Source: Candidatus Hydrogenedentota bacterium (lineage in GTDB: Bacteria; Hydrogenedentota; Hydrogenedentia; Hydrogenedentales; SLHB01). Taken from it: 64,000 bases of DNA. The notes beneath the pieces were generated by a model. The model worked only from the letters and a program-made list of their open reading frames with translations. It made no database searches and was not told where the DNA came from. The translations under genes were made by a program, and so were the position numbers. This document shows, piece after piece, positions 20,950-30,401 of the stretch (positions are counted from its first letter, which is position 1; the number at the start of each line of letters is the position of its first letter). The stretch lies in assembly GCA_963745075.1 (NCBI GenBank), contig CAVUWV010000001.1, positions 256,001-320,000 of the forward strand, given 5' to 3'.

Positions 20950-23244
20950 TCAGGATTCCCCAGGGTTGTCCGGTGTTGGGGCCGCGAATGGAAGACGAAC
21001 GGCGAATGTAGTCCCCCGGTCCACCTCGCTCTTAACCGTGATACTGCCTCCGTGGAGTGTAACCATTTCTTTCACCAAGAACAATCCGAGCCCCGCGCCA
21101 GCGGATTTTCGCGTGCCGCCCTTCACCTGATAGAAACGTTGGAAAATGTTATCGAGGTGCTCGGCCGGAATTCCAATGCCCGTGTCCGTGACCTCCAACA
21201 CCAACTCGTCGTTGTCGCGGTGTGCGCGGACGCTCACCGCACCACCCGGTGGCGTGAATTTCACCGCGTTTTCCAGCAGATTGCAGACAATCGTGTGGAA
21301 CTTCGTCGCGTCGGCGGACAGGGGCGGAAGATCGGGTTCAAGATCGCGTGCAAACTGAACCTGCTTGGCGGTCATCGCCGCGTTAAGCGATCCCGCGGCG
21401 CTGGCAATCTGGTCGGAAACTTCCACCATGGTGCGATTCATCACCGCACGGCCAGACTCGATCGATCCAATTTCCAGCACTTCTTCAATCAGTTTCATGA
21501 GCCGCTCCGCCTCCTCGTCAATGATGCGAAGAAAGTGCTCTCGTTTTTCTTGTTGCATAACGGGATTGCGCAATAGCGTGTTCACGAATCCCTTGATCGA
21601 CGTCATCGGCGTGCGCAATTCGTGCGAAACTCCCGACACAAAGTCGGTCTTCATCTGGTCGATCTCACGCTCCTTCGTCACGTCGTGCAGGATCGTTACG
21701 TAGCAGTCCTCCCCCTGAATCAATTCGGGGATACGCGAGCGCGTGACCGAAAGGGTACGACGGCTGGGTCCGCTTAGATGCACGTCAGCTTTCGTGATAT
21801 CGCTCCCGGCCTCTGCGGTCTCCCTCCACATGGCGCTGAATCGCTCATCTTCCAGGAGCCCGAGAAAATCCGTCGCCAATGGCTCGCGGTCGGAAAATCC
21901 CAAAAGATGCTGGGCCGTGTGATTCATCATGAGGACGCGGTCGCGCGTGTCCGTGAGCACCACGCCTTCACCAATTCCGCGCAAGATCGTTTCCAATCGA
22001 TTGCGTTCCTGGGCCAGGATCACAGCCTTGCGCCGGTTATCGGCCTCGATCTCGCGACGCTCCACCGCCTCGCCCAGCGTTCGGGCCACCGCGTCGAGGA
22101 GTTTGCGTTCCGAGGCCAGAAAGGGCTCCCCCGGCGACGTGGTGCGTACGTCTTCGATGTAGAAGACCTGCACCATTCCGCGTGCTCTTCCTTCAACGAC
22201 GATCGCGGCGGATTGCCCCCATTGCGTTTCCTTGAATCGTTTGCTCGTGTATTCCGTTCCGTCGAGGATGATTCTCGTGCGGGCGAGATCCGGATAGCGC
22301 CAGGCGGGAGGTATCAACAGCACCAAGTCCTGGCAGATCTCCTCCACGGACTCGCGTGTCCGAAGCGATTCGGCCAAACCATAGATGCAGGACAGTTCTT
22401 TCAGTTGCTGTTCGAACGTCACGAGAACGCGTTGAAACCGGGTTTCCGCCTGGCGGCGCTGCAGTTCGCCCGCCGCACACGCCGCGAAGAGGCGCAGGAG
22501 GATGTCCCGCGAGGAAGCCTCGTCGAAGGGTTCGGGATCGTAGAGGGCGAGAAATGCGATGCGTTCGCCTTCCCCATGCTCGACCGTTATGCCGATAAAA
22601 CTCTGCGCCTTGAGGCGTTTGGCCACGGCGCAGGCCGGATACCGCTTGGCCACCCCCGCCCGGACCGTCAATACCGCAGGCGTCCCCTGCAATACGTCGC
22701 TCAGCGGCGTACCCTCAAGCGCGAACTCCGGCTCGTCGACGAACAACCCGTCGCGCCACGTTGCAATGGGGATGGCATGGCCGCCGCGTGCCTCGTTGTA
22801 GGTTGCGACCGTCGCGTACTGCATGCCGCATGACTGGGCAAGGTTCCGGACCAACGCGTTAAAAAAGTTCTCCTGGGTGAGGGCGCGAGTGACTTCGAGA
22901 AGCGCGCGCAAGTCGGTGTGGGCGAGATGGACCTCCGAGATATCCTGTACGTAGGCGTAGCCGCAATCCTCGCGCGGCGCCCCCTGGAGAAGGAACCGGT
23001 AGAGGTGGTCGTCGAGTTGCGCGCACAACCAAGTCTGCCGGCCTTCCCGAATACACGCGGCAAGATCGAGATGGCCCGCGCCTGGGAGAATCGCCGTCAG
23101 CGAATTGCCCACGTCTTCGTGAAATGCGGTTCGGGCGGCCGCGTTGACGCCGATCAGAATTCCAGACGCGTCGAAGACGAAAATCGGGCTCGGATTGAGT
23201 TCATCGATGGTTCCCAATCGGTTTGGCTCAGTCTTTTGCGCCAT
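20950..23244 (-). CDS. Cytoplasmic PAS/GAF sensor histidine kinase
   Basis: SHELRTP H-box, NAVKFT, DTGIGI and GAGLGL motifs; PAS and GAF-like N-terminus. Confidence 0.93.
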   Translation of the reverse strand: MAQKTEPNRLGTIDELNPSPIFVFDASGILIGVNAAARTAFHEDVGNSLTAILPGAGHLDLAACIREGRQTWLCAQLDDHLYRFLLQGAPREDCGYAYVQDISEVHLAHTDLRALLEVTRALTQENFFNALVRNLAQSCGMQYATVATYNEARGGHAIPIATWRDGLFVDEPEFALEGTPLSDVLQGTPAVLTVRAGVAKRYPACAVAKRLKAQSFIGITVEHGEGERIAFLALYDPEPFDEASSRDILLRLFAACAAGELQRRQAETRFQRVLVTFEQQLKELSCIYGLAESLRTRESVEEICQDLVLLIPPAWRYPDLARTRIILDGTEYTSKRFKETQWGQSAAIVVEGRARGMVQVFYIEDVRTTSPGEPFLASERKLLDAVARTLGEAVERREIEADNRRKAVILAQERNRLETILRGIGEGVVLTDTRDRVLMMNHTAQHLLGFSDREPLATDFLGLLEDERFSAMWRETAEAGSDITKADVHLSGPSRRTLSVTRSRIPELIQGEDCYVTILHDVTKEREIDQMKTDFVSGVSHELRTPMTSIKGFVNTLLRNPVMQQEKREHFLRIIDEEAERLMKLIEEVLEIGSIESGRAVMNRTMVEVSDQIASAAGSLNAAMTAKQVQFARDLEPDLPPLSADATKFHTIVCNLLENAVKFTPPGGAVSVRAHRDNDELVLEVTDTGIGIPAEHLDNIFQRFYQVKGGTRKSAGAGLGLFLVKEMVTLHGGSITVKSEVDRGTTFAVRLPFAAPTPDNPGES

Positions 23245-23442
23245 CGGTCAGGTTTGGTCCTTTCCAGCATCCAGCTCTGTAAGAACTGTACCCGAAATGG
23301 ATTGGCGGCGGCGAATTTGCGCGGTACTTTGGACGATGAGGCAGATCCGACGCGGTGTGTATGCAATTGCCCGCCTTCGGGTTGCGGGGACTCGACTCAC
23401 CACATGTCGCCGGTTTCGGCGCGTGTCAACACGGCTGGATAC

Positions 23443-25032
23443 TCACGCCGCCCTGCGGTTGCGCCGCCGCGCGCGCACGCCCAACCCAAGAAGCGTCGAG
23501 ACAGTAAGGCCAAGCATGAGAACGTCGCCGACCCCAGCGCGCGACGCTTTAGCGCCGCCCTTGGGTGAAACCCGATTAAAGCAGGACTGAACCGGGCGAA
23601 CGTCACGCCGGAACGGTGTCGCTTCCGAATTTGGATTCCCCGCCAGGTCGGTGCATACGTTGGCGTGTATATCCGCCCCGACGGTTCCAAGGGTGGTCAA
23701 CGGCGTGATGGTGAAATAATAGACATTATCCGATCCGCTGAATCCGCCCAAGTCGCCGTTCAGCGCCGTGATATCCGACAGATCGAACCCGGTAACGGAA
23801 CTACTGAAGGTGACTGTAACCGGTATCACGGTGATGATATTGGTCGGGTCCGGCGTGCTCGAGGTCATGGTTACGGTGGGTCCGACGTTGTCGAAATCGC
23901 GGCTGAACGTCTGTGCCTCGGTATTGCCGTTGCCCGCGGCGTCTTGCGCCACACCGGCTGCGATGTCTGCATTGACGGTCCCGACGCCCGCCGGGGTAAG
24001 GTCAAAAGAATACGACGCCCCGCTCCCGTCAAAGTTGGTCACCGTCGCGTTGGTGGGCACGATATCCGTCACGTCGAAACCGATAACGACCTCACTGAAC
24101 GTCACGGTCACGGGGATCGGCGTCACGTTGGTGGGATTGTTCACCGACGACGTCATCGTGACCGTCGGCGCGATCAGATCGAAGTTCTTGATGTACTGGC
24201 GCTCCGCTTCCGCGATGCAGGCAAGCGCGTTGGCCGCAAGTCCGGTCAACTCCTGACACTTGTTCCGCGCCGCGACCTTGCTCGGCTGGCCGGTGACATA
24301 GTTCATGAGGGCGCAGGTTTCACCGGGGCCCAAGGTGAGTTCGTACTCCCAGAAAGGGGCGTCACTTCCGGACACGAATACGATGTCCTTCAGGCCAACT
24401 TGGCGGTTGGGCCCTTGAAACACATGGCCAAGGCGCGGCGACGGCGACGTGCCGCCGCTATAGTCTTCGAAACTCACGGCCCAGTTGTCCGCCGTCGTCG
24501 CGGCTGCCGGAGGGTTGGACGTTTCAGCGAGGACGGTATCGGTGCCGGAGCCCAAGTTGCTGTAAATGATTACGGAGACGGTTTCGGTCGCCCCGCCAAT
24601 ATTCTCGAACGTGTTGATCCAGCGGCAGAATTCGTCGTTGTCGGGCACGAACACTTTCCGGTTCACCACAATGTTGCCGATGGTCTGGTCGGCAAAGATA
24701 AACTGCCGATTCGAACAAGCGCCATCGGGCGACGTGCCGCCGTTCATGTTGTACACAACACCGTTCACGAACAGATTGTTGTATCCGTCGAAAGCGTTTG
24801 ACAATACGGCCGGCGTCGTGCCGCCGCCGCTCGTCGTCGCAGCGACGGAGGTCGTGTAGGCCGCGTCGCTCACGGCGCCAGATGCCATGGAACTGGTCGA
24901 GAACGTGACATCGGAATTGATGAAATACTCCAACCCCGACGCGTCCACCAGGGAGAGACTCCCCACGCCGGCCATCGCGGTCTGCGCTACCGTTATCGCT
25001 GCGATTCCTACCAGAACGCCAATCCGCTTCAT
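23443..25032 (-). CDS. Secreted surface protein with two Ig-like repeats and a C-terminal TM anchor
   Basis: Signal peptide ending AMA; two PTVTMTSS..IPVTVTFS..GFD..DI..D.AGN.N repeats; C-terminal hydrophobic helix plus RARRRNRR. Confidence 0.85.
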   Translation of the reverse strand: MKRIGVLVGIAAITVAQTAMAGVGSLSLVDASGLEYFINSDVTFSTSSMASGAVSDAAYTTSVAATTSGGGTTPAVLSNAFDGYNNLFVNGVVYNMNGGTSPDGACSNRQFIFADQTIGNIVVNRKVFVPDNDEFCRWINTFENIGGATETVSVIIYSNLGSGTDTVLAETSNPPAAATTADNWAVSFEDYSGGTSPSPRLGHVFQGPNRQVGLKDIVFVSGSDAPFWEYELTLGPGETCALMNYVTGQPSKVAARNKCQELTGLAANALACIAEAERQYIKNFDLIAPTVTMTSSVNNPTNVTPIPVTVTFSEVVIGFDVTDIVPTNATVTNFDGSGASYSFDLTPAGVGTVNADIAAGVAQDAAGNGNTEAQTFSRDFDNVGPTVTMTSSTPDPTNIITVIPVTVTFSSSVTGFDLSDITALNGDLGGFSGSDNVYYFTITPLTTLGTVGADIHANVCTDLAGNPNSEATPFRRDVRPVQSCFNRVSPKGGAKASRAGVGDVLMLGLTVSTLLGLGVRARRRNRRAA

Positions 25033-25175
25033 GTGTGCTTCTCCCAACCGGATAAGATCTTGCCCCGTCCCACTTCTTGCTGCTACCAGCGGTGCTCTCC
25101 TCGGCGCCTCGCCGCCCCCGTCACGCCACTACCTAACACTATACACAAAAGCGCCACCCGTTACGCCCGGACGCG

Positions 25176-26534
25176 CTAACAGGAGGATTCACCGTCTGTT
25201 ATCGACTTCAACACATCCTCCGGCGTCATCTCGGGCCCCATGTCATTCACACCTTCCCAATGACCCGGTTGCACGCGTTCTCCCAACTCCCGGAAGAACG
25301 TATTCTTCTCTCTCGCGCCGGCGAATCGGGAGCGCGCCCAGGCGCTCGTGTACCCCATACCGCAGCGAGACTGCAGAACTGTGTGGCCGTACATGAGTAG
25401 GGCGCCTTCCAACGCCGGTGCGACAAGGGGGGCCATTTCCGGCGCGTCGAAGTCGTCGACAAGCCGTTGGCCGTACGCGTTCATTTCCGTGCCCACCAGC
25501 ATCGGCAAATTCCGTTCGACGGCCAGCGCAACGATGCGGTGCAATTCGGCCACCTTCTTGGCTTTGACGTCGCGATCGGTGACGTTCCAGTTCCGGTCGG
25601 GGATGACATTGATCGCCGCGACCCCCTCGGCCATCGCCACGTCCAGCAACTCCTCGATATCGCGTTCGCCCCCGCTCGTACCGTCCAGCCATCCGTAGGT
25701 GGGAATGGCGCCGGCTTCCAGGATGAACTCGGTGACCGCCTTAAACGCGGGAAAATCCGGACCCTCTGGCTTGACGTAGCCCACCCCGCCCGCCTTCATG
25801 ACTTTCGAGCGGAAGTACGCCTGAAATACGGGCGGTTCTTCGAACATTTCCTTGATGGTCGCTCCGTCGCCTCCAAGCCGTTCCGCCCAGAAGACCGCCC
25901 GCTGACCGTCATCCGGCATGAGTTCCCGGGACTTCCGGTCGAAGGCCACGCATATATGCCGTTCCGTTGCGTTCCCATTGGGCGACAAGGGCAATACGTC
26001 CCCCTCGTAGTCGACCCGCACGGACCCCATATGCGGGTTAATCCTCGCCAACATGGATTGGTTCCGTTGCTGCGCGGTTTCTTTGAGTTGTGGAAGGAGC
26101 CCCGGAGTCGTAAGTCCTGACGCGGTAAAGCCGGCACCGATATGGTACGCAATGCCCGGCTCGCCTGGCGAATTGATTTCCCGCGTCGAAAACTCCGGCA
26201 AGTAGACCCGCGTCTCCAATCCCGTGCAGGCCCGCAATCCCAAAAGACGGCACGCATCCAGGAATTCGTCCACTCCGTCAAGCACGTCGAAATCAATTAA
26301 TCCCACCGCCGCGAGACCCATGCAACGCGCTTGCCAGGCAACTCGGGCCGGGGAATAGCCGTACCCGTTGAAGGAAAAGAAAGAGTGGCAATGGAGGTTC
26401 ACCGCACTTCCGGTCTCCGGCAGTTCAATGCTACCGGCGCGCGCAAGATCCCAGAGTTGCTCCAGCGCGGTCCACCGCATCCGCGGATCAAAATCGTTCA
26501 ATTGTGCTTCCAGCACGCCTTGGGTCGGCGACAT
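25176..26534 (-). CDS. PHP-domain protein of unknown function
   Basis: NLHCHSFFS, GLIDFDVLDG and GLETRV motifs; GGAG RBS before ATG 26534. Confidence 0.7.
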   Translation of the reverse strand: MSPTQGVLEAQLNDFDPRMRWTALEQLWDLARAGSIELPETGSAVNLHCHSFFSFNGYGYSPARVAWQARCMGLAAVGLIDFDVLDGVDEFLDACRLLGLRACTGLETRVYLPEFSTREINSPGEPGIAYHIGAGFTASGLTTPGLLPQLKETAQQRNQSMLARINPHMGSVRVDYEGDVLPLSPNGNATERHICVAFDRKSRELMPDDGQRAVFWAERLGGDGATIKEMFEEPPVFQAYFRSKVMKAGGVGYVKPEGPDFPAFKAVTEFILEAGAIPTYGWLDGTSGGERDIEELLDVAMAEGVAAINVIPDRNWNVTDRDVKAKKVAELHRIVALAVERNLPMLVGTEMNAYGQRLVDDFDAPEMAPLVAPALEGALLMYGHTVLQSRCGMGYTSAWARSRFAGAREKNTFFRELGERVQPGHWEGVNDMGPEMTPEDVLKSITDGESSC

Positions 26535-26673
26535 ATCGTAGAACTCCAACAATTCGGTTATGGCTTCTGTCTTCCGGCACGCGGCCGCGTGCCTGCGGCA
26601 GGCACTCGTCCCCCCTTGCGGTAATAGTACCGACCATGCGTCTCAATACCAAACTCAGCGCCACATTCGAGCG

Positions 26674-26699
26674 GTGTGGCACAGCCGCCCTCGGCTGTG
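26674..26699 (+). repeat. REP-like hairpin family A (GTGTGGCACAGCCGCCCYCGGCTGTG)
   Basis: Further copies at 34845(-), 34971 (variant), 44370, 61098 (-, variant), 61225, 61454, 61683, 61912. Confidence 0.85.
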
Positions 26700-26784
26700 T
26701 ATTCTTGCCGGGAAAACTTGGTAGGCTAAGCTAAACGTTTAGCCGGAGTTATCGATTCTCCAGAAATACTCGAAGGGGATTGCC

Positions 26785-27952
26785 ATGCAATACCACATTA
26801 CCCGCCGCGATTTCTTCAAACACAGCCTCGTTGTTGGCGCGGGGATGGCTGCCATCGGCTGCGCGACGACGACCACGCCTACCCGGCAGTCGATTGCCTG
26901 GAGTCCCACGCTGGAAACGTATCGCGACGAGAAGACCGGCGCGTTGGTGCGCCGTCTGACGAGCGGTCCCTCGAAGGACGAGGTGATCTATCAGACCCAT
27001 CCCATGTGGGTAAACGGGATGGAATACCTGATATTCCGGTCAGACCGGTCCAGCGGGGGAATGAAACCGCACATCCTGGAATCGCGCACCGGGATCATCC
27101 GCCCCTTGTCGGGAGATCCTGTAGACGACTACGTCGTGGCGCGCCAAAGTGCCGCGGTGTATGTGTTCCGCGACAATGCAATCTGGGACTGCGACGTAGT
27201 GCGGGCTTTTCATGATGGCGCGCCGGGCAAATGGGTGGCCGATTGGCCGCAAGAGTTCATGGGTCACCTCGGCATGATGTCCCTCGACGCAACCGAGCGC
27301 GTCCTCTATGCGGGCTTCTCCTACAACCGCGACAAGAAGTACGGAATCCTGGCCATCGACCTTCCTTCAGGCAAAAGCAAGCCCATCACCACGGTCGATT
27401 TTCAGGTCGGCCACGTCCAGGCAAACCCCGTGATCACCGGTCTCGTCAGCTTCTGCTGGGAGACCGGCGGGGACGCCCCGCAGCGCACGTGGGTGGTCGA
27501 TGTGAAGGACGGCATCGCCCGCCCGTTCTACATAGAAACCTACGAGGAGTGGGTGACCCACGAAGTCTGGTGGGGAGCGGACCGGATGCTCTTCACCATT
27601 TGGCCGTACGACGACACCCACAAGGCCCAGCCCCACGGCGTCGCCGAGGTGGACTATCCCTCCGGCGATCACCGCATCATCTACCAGATGCCCGCATGGC
27701 ACACGGCGGGAAGTCCGGACGGCCGCTGGGTCATGGCCGACGATTTCCAGCGCAACCTCTGGCTCATCGATCCCAACACCGGTGAGCGCCGTTTGCTCAC
27801 CCAGGGCCACAACACGAAAGGCGTCGACACCCATCCCCACGCCTCCTTCACACCGGACAGCAAGGGGATCGTCTTCACTTCCAGCAAATTCGGCAACGCC
27901 GGATGTGTTTCTCGTCGAAATCCCGGATTGGGACTCATTGCCCGTCGAATAG
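26785..27952 (+). CDS. Tat-exported oligogalacturonate-lyase-family (beta-propeller) lipoprotein; frameshift near 27901
   Basis: TRRDFFK Tat motif, AIGC lipobox, DEKTGALVRRLT, GHVQANP, THE, HPHASFTPD; removing one G gives GNADVFLVEIPDWDSLPVE-stop. Confidence 0.8.
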
Positions 27953-27996
27953 TGTCAGTACAACTTCCCACGATCTACGATGCACGTTGCAAGAGA

Positions 27997-28172
27997 AACA
28001 TCCCCCTCGACCCTCCGGGTCTGCCCCCTTCAAAGGGGGAGAGGCTTACCCGCGCTTCGCCTGGCGGCCGCGCCGGACCGATACTTGCGAGTTGTCTGTA
28101 CACCGACGTGCTTATCGAAAGCGGGGGTTCGCAAAACTCCCCCTTTGAAGGGGGATCAAGGGGGATGTTCTT
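27997..28172. repeat. Inverted pair of REP-like family B elements between convergent genes
   Basis: CCCCCTTCAAAGGGGGAG / CTCCCCCTTTGAAGGGGG...AAGGGGGATGTT; third copy at 48525-48560. Confidence 0.8.
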
Positions 28173-28217
28173 CGGGTGATGCACCCATCGCGGAGTGTTC
28201 TCCTTCTGTACGCGTAC

Positions 28218-28904
28218 TTAGTCGTCGATGCCGAAGGCTTCCTCATGCAATCGCCACCGGACCGTGTGCGCTTCACGTAGATCGTCGAACCGCACGAACG
28301 GGCGATAGCCGCCGCTGACCACCGTGGCGCGGTTCGCCGGTTCGGCGCTAATGATTTCGGTGTTCGGCGGAAACACCATCGATACGGTGTTCTCCCGCCC
28401 CAGCGCCGTATTGTTCCGAAACACCCAGTCCCCGTTCTCCTCCTGGTAAAGACCCCACTTCTGGTCTTTGACCGTCGATGACTTGGGCTCCATGTCGTGA
28501 AGCCATACCGTGTACCGAACCCAGTCGCCCTTGTCAACCGGCGTTCGCAATTCGGCTTCGTAGCGCCACATGGTGGAGCCGACTTTGATTTTTTCCCAGT
28601 CCAATTCATTGCCGTACGCGTCGTACCACACCATGTCCTCCTGTGGGAACTCGACGCCGTCATAAAGATGCACGGTGCGATCCGGAATCTTGCTCCAATT
28701 CTTCTCCTCCACGTGAAACGCGCTCGTCATCTTCCCGTCCGGAGCGAACCAGTACGTGGCCTCCGAGCGGCCGTCGAAGATCCCCCGGGCAAAGTGCCAC
28801 GCCCAGGTCTCCGCAGCCACGACGGCGGGTACAATGATCGCCACCGAGCAAATGCGCCCCAACGTCTTAAACGACACGCGGTTCAACATTCTACGCATCA
28901 ACAT
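28218..28904 (-). CDS. Hypothetical exported or membrane-anchored protein
   Basis: GGAGGT RBS before ATG 28904; N-terminal hydrophobic segment; third gene of an ECF operon. Confidence 0.65.
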   Translation of the reverse strand: MLMRRMLNRVSFKTLGRICSVAIIVPAVVAAETWAWHFARGIFDGRSEATYWFAPDGKMTSAFHVEEKNWSKIPDRTVHLYDGVEFPQEDMVWYDAYGNELDWEKIKVGSTMWRYEAELRTPVDKGDWVRYTVWLHDMEPKSSTVKDQKWGLYQEENGDWVFRNNTALGRENTVSMVFPPNTEIISAEPANRATVVSGGYRPFVRFDDLREAHTVRWRLHEEAFGIDD

Positions 28905-29310
28905 CGTGTGTACCTCCGTTGCCTTCGCCGTTCTCCGACGACAACGCTTCCAGCCGCGCGGAAACCTGCGCAAGCCGCAGTTCCACCTGCTTGATTTCCT
29001 TTGACGTCGCCATGCGGCTGTCGACGATCCAATACCAGAGCTTCATCAGCACGCTGGATTCGAGGCCCAGCATCATCATGAAAAAGCCCAGCAGCATCTC
29101 CCGCGTGTCGCCCGCCTTGGCAATCCACCACGCGCCGAAGAACAACAAGGCCAAACACCACAACACGCCGGTCGTCAGCTTGACCATCATCAACTTGCGG
29201 CCGTAGTCAAACTCCTCGACCACCTTTCGGCGCATGTCCTCATCGGGGGCATCTTCAATTTCCATCACGCCCCAGATGAAGTCGTGCAATCGCCGTTCTC
29301 CGTTTTTCAT
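28891..29310 (-). CDS. Two-TM membrane protein, probable anti-sigma partner
   Basis: Overlaps the ECF sigma stop; 2 TM segments followed by KLWYW...KEIKQVELRLA. Confidence 0.7.
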   Translation of the reverse strand: MKNGERRLHDFIWGVMEIEDAPDEDMRRKVVEEFDYGRKLMMVKLTTGVLWCLALLFFGAWWIAKAGDTREMLLGFFMMMLGLESSVLMKLWYWIVDSRMATSKEIKQVELRLAQVSARLEALSSENGEGNGGTHDVDA

Positions 29311-29852
29311 GGGGTCGATTCCTCCATGTGCCGGCGCAATTGTTGCCGGCAGTGGTACAGGCGGGACTTCACCGTGCCCGGGGAAATCCCCAGCACGTCC
29401 GCAATCTCCGCCACGCTCAACTGTTCGTAGTAAAAAAGGCCCACCATCGCGCGCTGTTCTGCCGACAACGACTGGAGCGCGGTCTCCAATGCCACGTCTT
29501 TGCCGTCCGCACGAGACGGCGGAGGCGGCGCATTAGCCATCTCCTCGAACGAACGGTCCCGCTTGCGCCGCCGTTGCCGTTTTCGGACCCAGTCGATGGC
29601 CTTCCGATGCAGCACACGAAACGCCCACGCCGGAAACGCCACCGGGTCGTCCAACCGGCCCAAGCCACGGACCATGGCGATCCAGGCCTCCTGCGCCACG
29701 TCCCGCGCCGCTTCCCCGTCATTCGTCAACGCAACGGCCTGCCGCACCAGCCGCGGATGCCAGCGGCGCACCAATTCATCCAACGCCCCTGCGTCCCCCG
29801 CCTGGCTCCGTGCCACGAGCCACTCGTCATACAGCTTTTCCCGCTGGTCCAT
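29307..29852 (-). CDS. ECF RNA polymerase sigma factor
   Basis: ARDVAQEAW region 2 and SVAEIADVLGISPGTVKSRL region 4. Confidence 0.93.
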   Translation of the reverse strand: MDQREKLYDEWLVARSQAGDAGALDELVRRWHPRLVRQAVALTNDGEAARDVAQEAWIAMVRGLGRLDDPVAFPAWAFRVLHRKAIDWVRKRQRRRKRDRSFEEMANAPPPPSRADGKDVALETALQSLSAEQRAMVGLFYYEQLSVAEIADVLGISPGTVKSRLYHCRQQLRRHMEESTP

Positions 29853-29862
29853 ACACATAAAG

Positions 29863-29887
29863 GTCGCCCGACAAGGTGGATCGGTTC
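29863..29887 (-). promoter_or_regulatory. Putative autoregulated ECF promoter
   Basis: GAACC-N16-CGAC about 10 nt upstream of the ECF start (minus strand). Confidence 0.4.
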
Positions 29888-30235
29888 AACCTAGAATCGG
29901 CCGTTGAATCTCGCCTTGGCGCTTCTCGTGCTCGTAATCGTTATCGTAATCGAGTTGTGGACATGCAACGTCCTCACGAACGAAGACCTTCGGGGAGACG
30001 ATTCACTCAAAAGGTGACGAGCAAGAATCCGGTAAGCCACGGAACTGCTCAATCATGGGGACCAAGCATCGGGCTTAACTGCCGTTTTGAGGTTCAATGC
30101 GAGGTGCTTGGTATACGAGCAGTTGCTGGATCGGCATACTGGCCTGACTCCTGCGGGCCGGTACTCATGGGCGCGTGCGAAGGTGGTCCAGTATGGGTGA
30201 TCCGGTGTGGGACCGGCGCCCCTGCCGGTCAACCC

Positions 30236-30321
30236 AGCGGATGTAGCGCAGGCGTCCTCGCCTGCAAATCTGAGACACAACCCCAAAGAATGCAGGCGAG
30301 GACGCCTGCGCTACATCCGCT
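30236..30321. repeat. Perfect 31-bp inverted repeat of GTAG-type REP hairpins
   Basis: AGCGGATGTAGCGCAGGCGTCCTCGCCTGCA at 30236-30266 and its reverse complement at 30291-30321. Confidence 0.85.
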
Positions 30322-30401
30322 CGTTCGCTACCCCAGATTTGGGCGAATTACCCCGCCGCGGGAATCTTCCAGTAGAGTAACCACTACGAAGGACACGCCC
30401 C

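Noticed and set aside
20008..23244. Histidine kinase plus REC-GGDEF pair as a novel system
   Set aside because: Common architecture with canonical motifs.
27953..28179. C-terminal extension of the 26785 ORF
   Set aside because: Read-through into REP family B caused by the frameshift near 27901.
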